Assembly: GCA_040400605.1 (NCBI GenBank)
Contig: JBBAPZ010000005.1
Location: 64,001-128,000, forward strand
Length of the DNA stretch: 64,000 nucleotides
Reading direction: 5' to 3'
Origin: Candidatus Sericytochromatia bacterium
GTDB taxonomy: Bacteria > Cyanobacteriota > Sericytochromatia > S15B-MN24 > JAQBPE01
The notes beneath the pieces were generated by a model. The model saw only the letters and a program-made list of their open reading frames with translations. It was not told where the DNA came from and made no database searches. Shown piece by piece: positions 19,050 to 29,395 of the stretch. The position numbers and the translations under genes were made by a program. Every line of letters begins with the position of its first letter. The stretch's first letter is position 1.

Positions 19050-19418
19050 GTGTTTTTACATGTACGCTTGAAGGTCCGGGACCTTGAGACTTCGATAGCT
19101 TTTTACGAACGTCATTTCGCTGCAACGTGTGAGGGGCGGCAGCGTTCACCGCGTGGCAGTCAGCTGGCTTTTCTTGGTTTTCCGGGCACGACAACACAAC
19201 TGGAGTTGGCTTTTTTGCCGTGGGATCCCGACTTTGTCCTGAACGAGGATATTTTTCATTTGGCGTTTGAAGTTGAGAATATGGATGCCAGCTTGACCGC
19301 CTTGCGTGCGGCTGGTGTCAAGGTGACCGAGGAGCCGAGCGAACTGGGACGGGGCGGCTACATGGCTTTTATTGAAGATCCTGACGGTTATGAAATTGAG
19401 TTGCTTTCGCGCGAGTGA
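19050..19418 (+). CDS. VOC family protein (lactoylglutathione lyase-like)
   Basis: FLHVRLKVRDLE.SIAFY, HLAFEV, AFIEDPDGYEIEL. Confidence 0.88.
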   Translation: MFLHVRLKVRDLETSIAFYERHFAATCEGRQRSPRGSQLAFLGFPGTTTQLELAFLPWDPDFVLNEDIFHLAFEVENMDASLTALRAAGVKVTEEPSELGRGGYMAFIEDPDGYEIELLSRE

Positions 19419-19459
19419 TCGTGCTTGCTTGTCCCGGTGACTGAATAAGGAGACTACTG

Positions 19460-20935
19460 ATGGGTGTGCCTTCCTTGCGCGTATCGTCGGTTGATCCTGA
19501 TTCGCAACGGTCTGTCAGTGTTGATGGCGATTATGTGTTGTACTGGATGATCATTCATCGGCGTCTGCGTCATAATTTTGCGCTAGAACGTGCGGTGGAA
19601 TGGGCCAATCGTCTCGGCAAGCCGTTGCTGATCCTCGAAACCTTGAAACTTGATTATCCGCACGCGTCTGTGCGGTTTTCTTCGTTCATGGTGGATGCGA
19701 TGCGTGAGCATGTCGCGGAAGTGGCTGGGCTTGCCGGGTTGCATTATTACGGCTTTGTCGAACGTGAAGTAGGTCAATCGGATGCCTTGTTGGCGGAGTT
19801 GGCCAAGCGGGCGTGCGTGGTTGTGACGGATGAGTATCCGGCATTCATTTTGCCAGCGATGGTTGCGCAGGCGGCGCGGATGGTACCGGTTCATTTCGAG
19901 AAGGTTGATGCGTGTGGTGTGTTGCCTTTGCGTGCGACATCGGGTCCGTTTGTCAGTGCGTATCTGTTTCGGCGTCATTTGCAGAAAGTCTTGCCTGAAC
20001 ATTTGATGGCACGATCATTGCGTGAGCCGCTGCGTGCCCTGGTTCTTCAACATTCGGAACTTGATTGCTCGGCGTATGAGGCGCGCTGGCCGAATCTTGC
20101 TCGGGATCCAATGGCGTTGAACGTGTTGGATTTGCCATTGAGCCGTTCGGTTGGGGTGGTTGAACAGACACGGGGGGGGGCCTCCGTGGCGCAGGGATTG
20201 TTGAAGCGGTTTGTGGCAGAACGTCTCTCAGCTTATGCTGATGAACGGCACGATGCGACGCGGGAGTTTACAAGCGGCTTGGCGCCGTACCTGCATTTTG
20301 GTCAGATTGCGTCAGAGGAAGTGCTGTGGGACATTTTGACGGTGCAAAACTGGCATCCGGGGTTATTGGCCGCCAAGGTGAGCGGAGCCAAGTCCGGCTG
20401 GTGGGGGCTTGGTGCCGGGGCTGAGGCTTTCTTGGATCAATTGGTTACCTGGCGTGAGTTGGGTTTTGTGACGGCATTTCATTGGCCGGACCGTTACGAC
20501 CGGTATGAGAGCCTGCCCGATTGGGCGCTGGAGACTTTGGATAGGCATGCGCATGACCCGCGCCTGTATTGTTATTCGCTTGCGCAGTTTGAGCAGGCCC
20601 AGACGCACGATCCAATCTGGAATGCGGCGCAGCGCCAACTTTACAAGGAAGGCCGCATTCATAACTATTTGAGGATGTTGTGGGGGAAGAAGATTTTGGA
20701 GTGGAGCCCGACGCCTGCGCAGGCATTGGAGACCATGTTGTTGTTGAATGATCGGTATGCCTTGGATGGACGTGACCCCAACTCCGTTAGTGGCATTTTT
20801 TGGTGTTTGGGCAGATACGACCGCCCGTGGGGGCCGGAAAGGCCGATTTTTGGCAAAGTACGCTACATGTCCTCCGATAACACGGCTCGGAAAATGGATT
20901 TGTCGGGTTATCTTTTGCGCTATCGGTCGTTTTGA
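19460..20935 (+). CDS. Deoxyribodipyrimidine photolyase, class II CPD type
   Basis: YVLYWM, SGLAPYLHFGQI, THDPIWNAAQ, GRIHNYLRMLWGKKILEW, LDGRDPN, DRPW..RPIFGKVRYM. Confidence 0.88.
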   Translation: MGVPSLRVSSVDPDSQRSVSVDGDYVLYWMIIHRRLRHNFALERAVEWANRLGKPLLILETLKLDYPHASVRFSSFMVDAMREHVAEVAGLAGLHYYGFVEREVGQSDALLAELAKRACVVVTDEYPAFILPAMVAQAARMVPVHFEKVDACGVLPLRATSGPFVSAYLFRRHLQKVLPEHLMARSLREPLRALVLQHSELDCSAYEARWPNLARDPMALNVLDLPLSRSVGVVEQTRGGASVAQGLLKRFVAERLSAYADERHDATREFTSGLAPYLHFGQIASEEVLWDILTVQNWHPGLLAAKVSGAKSGWWGLGAGAEAFLDQLVTWRELGFVTAFHWPDRYDRYESLPDWALETLDRHAHDPRLYCYSLAQFEQAQTHDPIWNAAQRQLYKEGRIHNYLRMLWGKKILEWSPTPAQALETMLLLNDRYALDGRDPNSVSGIFWCLGRYDRPWGPERPIFGKVRYMSSDNTARKMDLSGYLLRYRSF

Positions 20936-21104
20936 TCCGTTCGGATGCCCTCCGATCGTTGCTCCACTGTCGCGATTGATGCGATTGCCCGATTTTCAAG
21001 ATTTTAGCAAATGAACTGTCGAATGCTCATTCAAGCATGATGGCTGAACACGCCTGTGACCGAACACACTGCGTGGGATGCATTATGTTTACTAGGATGG
21101 CGTT

Positions 21105-21956
21105 ATGACAAACCAAGCACTGAACCCACAGACAAAACACCAGCACAACGGCCAGGAAGCGGCCCCCTTCGTTAAGTGGGTGGGTGGCAAACGGGCATTG
21201 TTACCTGAGTTGGCAGCACGTTTTCCCAGGCGTTACAACCGCTATCACGAACCATTCGTTGGTGGGGGGGCGGTGTTCTTTTACCTGCAACCGGATCGCG
21301 CACGGTTATCGGATTATAACGCCGAGTTGATTACGACCTATCAAGTCATTCGTGACCGCGTTGAGGACCTCATCGCACACCTGCGCGGCCATCGGCACGA
21401 TGAAGAATACTACTACCAGGTACGTGCAGTCGATACATCGCAATTGGACGCCATTGAACGCGCCTCGCGGATGATTTTTTTGAATCGCACCTGTTTTAAT
21501 GGTCTTTATCGTGTCAATGCCAAAGGTGGCTTCAATGTCCCCTTTGGCAAGTACAAGAATCCCACCATCTGCAATGCCGACGGCCTGCGCGCCGCAAGCG
21601 ACGCGTTGCAAGGGGCGTACATCGCTCACGCCAGCTATACCAGCATTCTCGATACGGCTCGACCAGGTGATTTCGTCTATTTTGACCCACCTTACCATCC
21701 ACTCAATGCCACGGCTAAGTTCACGAGTTACACCGCGGACTCGTTCACGGAACGAAACCAGCGAGACTTGGCTGACACTTTCCGGGTTCTGGCCAATCGC
21801 GGATGCAAAGTCATGTTGAGCAATTCTGATACGCCGCTGATTCGTGATTTGTACGCAGACTTTAACCTTGAATTGGTCTACGCACCAAGACAGGTGAATC
21901 GGGATGCTTCCAAGCGGGGGCTAATCAGCGAGGTTCTCGTCCGTAATTACCGTTGA
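21105..21956 (+). CDS. dam: Dam-family (D12 class) DNA adenine methyltransferase, orphan
   Basis: KWVGGK, EPFVGGGAV, FNGLYRVN..G.FNVPFG, DPPY. Confidence 0.9.
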   Translation: MTNQALNPQTKHQHNGQEAAPFVKWVGGKRALLPELAARFPRRYNRYHEPFVGGGAVFFYLQPDRARLSDYNAELITTYQVIRDRVEDLIAHLRGHRHDEEYYYQVRAVDTSQLDAIERASRMIFLNRTCFNGLYRVNAKGGFNVPFGKYKNPTICNADGLRAASDALQGAYIAHASYTSILDTARPGDFVYFDPPYHPLNATAKFTSYTADSFTERNQRDLADTFRVLANRGCKVMLSNSDTPLIRDLYADFNLELVYAPRQVNRDASKRGLISEVLVRNYR

Positions 21957-22273
21957 CCTGAGCGGTCAAGTTAGCCAAAACGCTTCAGTCAGGCACCGTG
22001 ATGCTCGGGGTTCAAAAACGTGTTCAGGCTGTTCGCGTTGTTGATTTGTTGCTTGGTTGCTCTTGAACCAGACACGCGAGCGGTATTGCAAAATAGGTAT
22101 GCATTGGGCTGCGCTGTCTGGAGAATCCGGCGGTTTAAGCAGGTAAACCTCAGAGTCTGTTCAGTTATTGTTGAACGTTAATGCCTGTTAATAAAATAAT
22201 GACAAATTTTATACAAACTGTTGAAGAAAGCTTGTCAGATGCTTGATACAACTGTGCAACCCTTGTAGAGGGG

Positions 22274-22795
22274 ATGCATAGGGGTTGCCAAACGATGGGA
22301 CAGCGTACGACGAACAGATGGCGCGCGCTTGCCGTACTGATCGGGGTCAGTCTGGCTGGTTGCAGTTTGATGAGTCAGGTATCGCGGGAGACGGAGACTT
22401 ATCCGACGCGTAGCAGTCGGTTTGGCTTGTTTGACTGGGCCGGCTTGCTTGAGCCCACCCAAACATTGCGGCCGGGTGTCGGTCTTGTTACGGTACAGTC
22501 TGTGGGATGTGATCGAACACGGATCTCTTGGCGTTCACCCTGGCCTGGCAGCAGTGTGGTGCGCTATGGTCTGGAACACCGACTGTTGCCCCATGCCAGC
22601 CGAGAAACCCTGCCGACCGAACACACAACTGTGGAACTGCCCTATCTGGCGTCCGGTGTCAGACACTTTTTCCAAGTTGAAACCGTTACGGCCTTGGGTG
22701 GCGCGCGCTCGGCCATTTGTTCCTTTTTGGCACCCACAGGCCGTGGTGTCACACCGCTCTCAACGGCTCAATCGACACAGTCTGCGCCTGACTGA
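22274..22795 (+). CDS. Putative lipoprotein with a fibronectin-III-like domain
   Basis: Lipobox SLAGC and an ISW.....SVVRYG....H..VEL..L..G.R.FFQV pattern. Start may be ATG 22295. Confidence 0.55.
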   Translation: MHRGCQTMGQRTTNRWRALAVLIGVSLAGCSLMSQVSRETETYPTRSSRFGLFDWAGLLEPTQTLRPGVGLVTVQSVGCDRTRISWRSPWPGSSVVRYGLEHRLLPHASRETLPTEHTTVELPYLASGVRHFFQVETVTALGGARSAICSFLAPTGRGVTPLSTAQSTQSAPD

Positions 22796-22885
22796 AGCGG
22801 TCACTCCTGCCATCAGGGAATATTTCTGGCTAAATGGTCGCGTGGCCAGCAGGCAGCCGCGCTCAAACCGAAAGGGCACCGAGCG

Positions 22886-23617
22886 GTGCCCTTGGATGGG
22901 TGTTGTGTTGTGTCCAACGCGCATGCACCATGGTCCAAGGAGGTGGCCATGGATGTGCCAATGTTGGGAATGCCCGTATGGTGTCACCGTGAATTGGCTG
23001 GCCGGGTATGGCGGCTCACGGTAGAGACCGTTACACACAAGCCTGTTGCGGTGGTGGTAAAAGCGCCCACCTGGTTTGGTTGGGATCGCATGCTTCCAAT
23101 CAAGGCACTTGGCGTGCGACCCGATCACTCATTGTCGCTCAGGCTAAGCCGCGCGCAATTCGATCGACTGCCGCGCTACGACCGTGCCACAAGCGACCAT
23201 TCAACCCTCATGAGGCCCTTGCCAGTTATCGTGCCAATGGGCGGCGTCATCTGGCCCTCTTTCACACCATTGTTCGATTCAAAAATCAACAGACTTCCCG
23301 CGCGAAACCACCATCACATTTGGGTGTTTGACCACCACGCACCCGTTTTTGCAGGCGGTCAGGAATGGGGCACACTGAGTCAAGCCTATGTGTCAATGAA
23401 CAGCAAGCGCCTGAGTAGCCTGATAATCACCCATAAAGGATTCAACCCGGTTTCACTGGAAATTCCTCCGAGTTGGGTCATAGACGCCAAACCCGCCGGC
23501 ATCTCCCTAAAACTTGATGCCACACAAGTTGATAAAGCCGCCCGATTTTTACAGGCAACACCTGCTTCAACGAGCGCAACGAACAAGTCGTGCTCCACGC
23601 TTAACTTCGTCACTTGA
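22886..23617 (+). CDS. Hypothetical protein, possibly PRC-barrel-like
   Basis: Two similar segments (G.V....V....K...VVVK..WFG..R.LP and G.L....V....K.L..LII) plus LRLSRAQFDRLPRY. Confidence 0.45.
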   Translation: MPLDGCCVVSNAHAPWSKEVAMDVPMLGMPVWCHRELAGRVWRLTVETVTHKPVAVVVKAPTWFGWDRMLPIKALGVRPDHSLSLRLSRAQFDRLPRYDRATSDHSTLMRPLPVIVPMGGVIWPSFTPLFDSKINRLPARNHHHIWVFDHHAPVFAGGQEWGTLSQAYVSMNSKRLSSLIITHKGFNPVSLEIPPSWVIDAKPAGISLKLDATQVDKAARFLQATPASTSATNKSCSTLNFVT

Positions 23618-23703
23618 ACAAATTTTAGTGAGAAGTTAAGCTTTTTGAATCAAGTGTTGTGTGGGAGCTTGCGATAAGTGTTGCAGAGTAGGGGGCAGGC
23701 GTC

Positions 23704-23928
23704 ATGGTGATACGAGTCGCGCTTGGACTGATGATTGGCTGTTCGTTGACCGCTTGCGGGCGCCCAATTGAGCCTGCGCCTGAGGTGATTGATTCAGTTT
23801 TCACGCGCTTGCCGCAACGGAGTGCGTCCAAGAAGTTACGACGCGAGGAACAGACGCAACGGGAGTCGCAACCCAAGGCGACGGATACATCCAAGATTGG
23901 GGTACCCACGCCGGATGGGCGGGGATAA
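23704..23928 (+). CDS. Small putative lipoprotein
   Basis: Lipobox SLTAC after a hydrophobic stretch; purine-rich RBS-like sequence upstream. Confidence 0.55.
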   Translation: MVIRVALGLMIGCSLTACGRPIEPAPEVIDSVFTRLPQRSASKKLRREEQTQRESQPKATDTSKIGVPTPDGRG

Positions 23929-23933
23929 GCGAC

Positions 23934-24173
23934 TTGCACGAGAAAACGGGGGAGGCAAGGGGGTTGGGATCAGGTTTGGCGGAGGCATATCAAGAACTCC
24001 AAGAGCGGGTAGCGGCAGTTCCGCCTGAGCATTTGCGTGTTCTGGCTGCGACGGACCGACTGTATGCGTGTTTACAAGAAGAGGAAAGCACCTTGACGGA
24101 TGCGGAATATACGCAAATCAAAGTGCTTTTGGCGCACGCGGAGTCGTTGCTTACCCGTTATTTTGGCATGTGA
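23934..24173 (+). CDS. Small helical hypothetical protein
   Basis: 79-aa ORF immediately after the lipoprotein, converging on the ETF-QO stop. Confidence 0.45.
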   Translation: MHEKTGEARGLGSGLAEAYQELQERVAAVPPEHLRVLAATDRLYACLQEEESTLTDAEYTQIKVLLAHAESLLTRYFGM

Positions 24174-24179
24174 ACGAGG

Positions 24180-25868
24180 CTACATGCCCAGGTAAACGGG
24201 CCCGCCGCCCCCCTCAGGTGCCACCCATGTGATCAATTGGTACGGGTCCATGATATCGCAGGTCTTACAGTGGACACAGTTAGAGGGATTCAGCTTTAAC
24301 TCGGTGACGCCCTGTCCTTTGAGATCCACCATTTCGTAGACGGCCGCTGGACAAAAATACTGACACGGGTTTCCATACTCTTCCTTGCAGCGGGTGTTAC
24401 AGATATTCGTATCGGCGAGTCGTAAGTGGGCCGGTTGATTTTCTTCGTGTTTGGTCCCAGAACGATAGACATCATCGAGCTTGGAAAACGTCAACTTTCC
24501 GTCGAATTTGAAGGCCTCTGCCGACTGGCTTGCGCCGCGCGCGCGTTGTTCCTTCAGGGTACGCATCCGGGTGTGACCTGGGTGCGCCAAATAGCGATCC
24601 CGGATGCCACGTCCCTTGGTGATCATCTGCAACGGGATGTGAAAGGCCATCGCGGGCAACAGGCCGTGCTCGAACGCTTGGTGGAAATTACGCGCCAGTC
24701 GGAGTTCCTGTCCAATGCTGCCTGTCATGACACGGGTGCCGTAACTTTCCAGGCACTTTTCACTGAAGTCATTGGCCAACAGCGCTTCGAATATTGCTTC
24801 GGCGGCTTGAATGCCTGACTCAATGGCCAAATGGATGCCTTTAAGACGCATTGGATTCAGCAGGCTTGCCGAATCACCGATCAGCAAGGCGCCATCCACG
24901 TAAAGTTTTGGAATCGACCAGTAGCCACCCTCAGGGATTGTTTTCGCCCCGTAACGCACCATTTCTCCACCGTCAAGCATCGCTGCGATCGCCGGGTGGG
25001 TCTTGTAACGTTGCAAGGCAAGGTGCGGGTCAAACGACGGATCGCGATAATCGAGGCCACTGACCATGCCAACATAAGCCAAGTTGTCATCAAGATGGTA
25101 AATGAACCCCCCACCAAACTCTTCGAACTTTAAAGGAAAGTTCATGGTGTGAATCACACGACCTTTTTTGTGATTCTCGGGCTTGAGCCGCCACAACTCC
25201 TTGACACCAATGGCCCAAATCTGTGGATTGCGACCCGCATCCAACGATTTCTTCTGGATCAGTGATTTGGTCAAGGTGCCGCGCGTTCCTTCCCCCAAGA
25301 CCGTCACCTTTGCATGAAAATCCATCCCCGGGCTGTAGGATGGACGCGGTTTGCCGTGGTGATCCAAGCCCTGTTCGGTGGTGCGTGCGCCAATGACGCG
25401 ATCATCTGCATCATAGAGCAACTCAGCCGCCGGAAACCCTGCTGCAACAGTCACGCCTTCCTCTTCAGCCTTGGTTGCCATGAATGCAACCAGCTTTTGC
25501 AAACTGATCACGTAGTTGCCATGATTGTTCATCGGTGGCGGCGTGATCGGCGCCTTTATACGATGCCTGGCTGTCAGCCACCACAATTCATCTTCAGTGA
25601 CAGGACTCTCCAGTGGCACCCCCGCAGCCTCAAGATCGGGAAACAGTTTTCTTAGACTGGACGGGTCCAGCACTGCGCCGGAAAACCCGTGATAGCCCAC
25701 CTCAGCACTCTTTTCCAGTACCGCGATCACGGGCTCAGCCAGCACATTGACCCCTTTGGCATTGTGCGCCTTCACCAGCCGTGCAAGGTGAATCGCACCC
25801 GCTAAGCTGGCAGGACCCGCACCCACGAACAAAACATCCACAGGGTTGACTTCGCGTGTGATGGTCAT
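24180..25868 (-). CDS. Electron transfer flavoprotein-ubiquinone oxidoreductase
   Basis: DVLFVGAGPA FAD motif, YGAKTIPEGG, KGIHLAI.SG, C-terminal FCPAAVYE..NCVHCKTCDI.DP..I.W..PEGGGGP.Y. Confidence 0.95.
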   Translation of the reverse strand: MTITREVNPVDVLFVGAGPASLAGAIHLARLVKAHNAKGVNVLAEPVIAVLEKSAEVGYHGFSGAVLDPSSLRKLFPDLEAAGVPLESPVTEDELWWLTARHRIKAPITPPPMNNHGNYVISLQKLVAFMATKAEEEGVTVAAGFPAAELLYDADDRVIGARTTEQGLDHHGKPRPSYSPGMDFHAKVTVLGEGTRGTLTKSLIQKKSLDAGRNPQIWAIGVKELWRLKPENHKKGRVIHTMNFPLKFEEFGGGFIYHLDDNLAYVGMVSGLDYRDPSFDPHLALQRYKTHPAIAAMLDGGEMVRYGAKTIPEGGYWSIPKLYVDGALLIGDSASLLNPMRLKGIHLAIESGIQAAEAIFEALLANDFSEKCLESYGTRVMTGSIGQELRLARNFHQAFEHGLLPAMAFHIPLQMITKGRGIRDRYLAHPGHTRMRTLKEQRARGASQSAEAFKFDGKLTFSKLDDVYRSGTKHEENQPAHLRLADTNICNTRCKEEYGNPCQYFCPAAVYEMVDLKGQGVTELKLNPSNCVHCKTCDIMDPYQLITWVAPEGGGGPVYLGM

Positions 25869-26355
25869 ATCTTCGCTCCCTCGTTATCGTCTGCCTCCAT
25901 TATACGGACTTTAGACATACCGTGAAACCAAAAACACGCGCGGTGTGCTTTTTTGACGCCTGCGTGCGCCACCCGGTCCGGCAAGCGAGTGGAACAAGGC
26001 GCCCCCCAGCGTGTTTCAACAGCAAACAGCACGGACTTAAGACGGATGCATTGTTTGTCTTGCCCCGCATGTTCCGCTCGCTGCGGTACTGTCACTCATT
26101 CCGAGACATTCAATTTCAACGAATCGAACCAAGTGCCACGGAACATTTTCCGACCGGCAAATGGCACAGACATGATGGGATAATGTTGCCTTCGATCCAC
26201 AGTCTGCACTTGCCACTCTATCCTGAACAGTCAATTTTAACTTGATGAGAAACTATTGATAACGCAAGTTTGACAGACGGATCAACGATAGCTGAATGCA
26301 TAACGTGGCAGATGCGATGGATATCTTGTGTTTGAATAACTTGTAAAAGGGAGCC

Positions 26356-27816
26356 TTGGACGTGATGTTTCAGAGCTTGGGTTCTAGCGGTTCAAGCCGT
26401 GCATTAATGGGGCGAACGGTTTGTTTGATTACAGGTTTGGCGCTGGCCGCCGGTTTGCTGGCGTCTTGCGGGCGGGCGCCTGTTTCTGTGCGGGCGCTAT
26501 CAACTGCGGTTCGGGCAGCGGGTACACCGAATGAATTCATGTGGGGTGTTTCGACCGCTGGTTATCAGTGGGAGGGGCACGATAAATCGAGTCAATGGGC
26601 GATATGGGATCAACAGGGTCGCACGGCTGAGCGGAACACCCATGCGGCTAACGGTTTGGAATTGTATCCCGAGGATGTCCGGCTGACCCGTGGTATGGGT
26701 TGCAATGCGATGCGCACGAGTATTGAGTGGTCGCGTATCGAGCCAACCAAAGGCGTTTACGATCCAAAGGCGATCAAGCACTATCACGACGTGCTGGATG
26801 AAATGCGGAAGAATGGTTTGGAACCGATCATGACGTTGATGCATTTCACGTATCCCGCATGGTTGGATCGCGAGGGTGGCTGGGAAGACGGGCGAACACC
26901 GGCAAAATTCGCCAAGTTCGCTGCATTCGTAGCCAAAGAGTATGGTGCCAAGATCCGCTATTACATCACCTTCAATGAGCCCAATACCTACCTGATTGCC
27001 GGTTGGTTGGCACGCGTCATGCCGCCTGGGAAAGCGGATCCCCTGGCAGGACTGGCTGCGATGCGCAACATGTTGAAGGCACACGATATGGCCTATGATG
27101 CAGTGCACGCCTCAGACCCTGAGTCGCAGGTGTCATTCAATATGTACACGGCGGAATGGCCGTGGGCCAACACGCGTGATGAACTCAACCACAACGAGTC
27201 GCCGTCCCCCGGTTCGGAATCGGCGCGTGACAAGGTTTACAAGCAATTGGCAACGGTAGATACAGGCGACGGCAAGTCGGCCAAGCTCGATTATGCTGCG
27301 CTGGATTATTATTGTCGTTTTCGCACGGTTCCTGTGCCCTTTCCTTCGCCGGATCGCTGGGAGGTTTATCCGGAGGGTTTGTACAATGCCATCAAACGCA
27401 ATTATGCCCGCTACCGGTTGCCGATCCTGATTGCAGAGAATGGTCTCGCAACCCGCGACAACCAACCACGGGCGGATCGCTGGACCCGCTCCGCATACCT
27501 CGTTGCGCACATCAGGCAGATGCAACGTGCCATGAGCGAAGGTTATCCCGTGATGGGTTACATCCATTGGTCCATTACCGACAATTATGAATGGGGTTCG
27601 TTCTCCCCACGCTTCGGACTCTACACCGTGGATTGCCGTAATCGCGACTTCACACGCGTGCAAGCCGACGGCGTCGACGCGTTTCGCGCCATCATTGCGA
27701 CAGGTGGCGTCAGCCAAGCGCTGCTCAGACAGTATCCCTCGCCCCAAACGTTGCCCCTGCCGGCGCCATGGGTCGGCGGCGGTACAGGCTCACCTGTCGG
27801 CATCAATGACAATTGA
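26356..27816 (+). CDS. Glycoside hydrolase family 1, predicted lipoprotein
   Basis: FMWGVSTAGYQWEG, R.SIEWSRI, TFNEP (acid/base), IAENG (nucleophile), DNYEW; lipobox LLASC. Confidence 0.9.
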   Translation: MDVMFQSLGSSGSSRALMGRTVCLITGLALAAGLLASCGRAPVSVRALSTAVRAAGTPNEFMWGVSTAGYQWEGHDKSSQWAIWDQQGRTAERNTHAANGLELYPEDVRLTRGMGCNAMRTSIEWSRIEPTKGVYDPKAIKHYHDVLDEMRKNGLEPIMTLMHFTYPAWLDREGGWEDGRTPAKFAKFAAFVAKEYGAKIRYYITFNEPNTYLIAGWLARVMPPGKADPLAGLAAMRNMLKAHDMAYDAVHASDPESQVSFNMYTAEWPWANTRDELNHNESPSPGSESARDKVYKQLATVDTGDGKSAKLDYAALDYYCRFRTVPVPFPSPDRWEVYPEGLYNAIKRNYARYRLPILIAENGLATRDNQPRADRWTRSAYLVAHIRQMQRAMSEGYPVMGYIHWSITDNYEWGSFSPRFGLYTVDCRNRDFTRVQADGVDAFRAIIATGGVSQALLRQYPSPQTLPLPAPWVGGGTGSPVGINDN

Positions 27817-28053
27817 GCGAAACTGACCCTAAGTTGACGCGTGACAAGGTAGAACAACGCATCGCAACGATCAGTGTCGCAAAACGTCGCTTTCCCTGTC
27901 ATCGCTAGAATACCCTGAGATGTCAAGTCGCGTGGCCAAGACCATGATGACAGTCGGCCAATGGCAGTTATCGTCGCGGTTGCAATGCTTTGGGCTTATA
28001 GGCACTTGACAGCGGCTTCAGCAGGCGGTTACATGGTGTTGTTTACTTGGTGC

Positions 28054-28188
28054 AAGCAGAAGTCACACCTTCTCACCCGGCAGCCGTTTATGTGTTAGCT
28101 GAGGTTTCCATGCCAAATGTGTTTGTTGCATTGCGATGTTCCAACATAGGCTGGTTGAGCAGGTGTCATCAGGCGCCTGCTCGCTTTG
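28054..28188 (+). promoter_or_regulatory. Probable L20-binding leader RNA with terminator/antiterminator
   Basis: AGCAGAAGTCACACCTTCTCACC resembles the Bacillus-type L20 leader 5' motif. Hairpin GAGCAGGTGTC-ATCA-GGCGCCTGCTC at 28157-28182, whose 5' arm can alternatively pair with ACACCT. Directly upstream of infC. Confidence 0.65.
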
Positions 28189-28204
28189 TATGGAGGAAAG
28201 AGCG

Positions 28205-28723
28205 ATTAACAAGGACACGGCGTTAATCAACGACCGCATTCGTGCGCGCGAACTGCGGACGATCGATGACAGTGGGGAGCAGCTTGGCATATTGCCTGCG
28301 CGTGAAGCATTAAGAATTGCGCAGGAAAAGGGGCTGGATCTGGTTTTGGTTGCAGCGGACGCAAATCCGCCTGTTGCCAAGATAATGGATTATGGTCGGC
28401 ACAAGTTCGAGACCGAAAAGAAACTGCGCGAAGCAAAGAAAAAGCAGCATGTGGTGACGCTGAAGGAACTGACCTTGAGCTACAAAATCGGTGAACACGA
28501 CTACCAGGTGCGCTTGCGGAGTTTGCAGAAATTTTTGAAAGAGGGCGATAAGGTCAAGGTGACCATTCGTTTTCGTGGTCGAGAGGTTCAACACAGTGGC
28601 CTTGCATCGGATCTTTTGATGCGTTTTGCTCGGGATGTTGAGGAGAACGCGGTCCTTGAGCGGGAACCTCGACTGGAAGGTCGCACCTTGTTTATTATTC
28701 TGGCCCCCAAGAAGGAGAAGTGA
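28205..28723 (+). CDS. infC: Translation initiation factor IF-3, non-canonical ATT start
   Basis: [40 protein letters not shown] precedes the in-frame ATT at 28205. Confidence 0.95.
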   Translation: MNKDTALINDRIRARELRTIDDSGEQLGILPAREALRIAQEKGLDLVLVAADANPPVAKIMDYGRHKFETEKKLREAKKKQHVVTLKELTLSYKIGEHDYQVRLRSLQKFLKEGDKVKVTIRFRGREVQHSGLASDLLMRFARDVEENAVLEREPRLEGRTLFIILAPKKEK

Positions 28724-28728
28724 TCCCA

Positions 28729-28938
28729 ATGCCCAAGATGAAGACCCACCGCGCTTCCGCGAAGCGGTATTCAGTTAGTGGATCTGGTAAATTGATGCGT
28801 CGCAAGGCAGGCAAGAAGCACCTGTTGGTTGGCAAGTCGTCTAGTCGCAAACGTCGACTGGAGGGGAACATGGCGGTCAATGAGGCGGATCAGACTCGCG
28901 TGAGTTTGTCTTTGCCGTATCCGCAGTACTTGCGTTGA
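28729..28938 (+). CDS. rpmI: 50S ribosomal protein L35
   Basis: [19 protein letters not shown], followed by rplT. Confidence 0.96.
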   Translation: MPKMKTHRASAKRYSVSGSGKLMRRKAGKKHLLVGKSSSRKRRLEGNMAVNEADQTRVSLSLPYPQYLR

Positions 28939-28976
28939 ACCGCCCTGAACGCACTAGTTTTTAAGGAGTCTTTGAT

Positions 28977-29336
28977 ATGCCTCGCGTCAAACGTGGTGTT
29001 GCCAACAAGAACAAGCACAAGAAAGTGTACAAACTCACCAAGGGATTTCGTGGTTCCTTGAGTAAAGTGTTTCGCGCGGCGAATCAAGCGATGATGCGCG
29101 CATTGCGATACGCATATCGCCATCGTCGAACCAAGAAACGCGAATTCCGTTCGCTGTGGATTCAACGTATCAACGCAGCGGCGCGTTTGGAAGGATTGTC
29201 TTACAGCCAATTGATTAACGGTCTGAAACGGTCGAATATAGCGGTCAATCGGAAGGTTTTGGCTGATCTCGCGGTGAACGATGCTTCAACTTTCAATCTG
29301 CTGGTTCAATCGGCCAAGAAGAGCTTGAGCGCGTAA
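28977..29336 (+). CDS. rplT: 50S ribosomal protein L20
   Basis: MPRVKRG, KGFRG, KKREFRSLWIQRINAAAR, NRKVLADLAV. Confidence 0.97.
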   Translation: MPRVKRGVANKNKHKKVYKLTKGFRGSLSKVFRAANQAMMRALRYAYRHRRTKKREFRSLWIQRINAAARLEGLSYSQLINGLKRSNIAVNRKVLADLAVNDASTFNLLVQSAKKSLSA

Positions 29337-29358
29337 GCGCCGGTTTTGGGTCGCATCG

Positions 29359-29383
29359 GCGGGGCTTGGGCCCCGCTTTTTTT
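29359..29383 (+). terminator. Intrinsic terminator after rplT
   Basis: GCGGGGC-TTGG-GCCCCGC followed by 7 T. Confidence 0.8.
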
Positions 29384-29395
29384 GATGGGGGAAAT

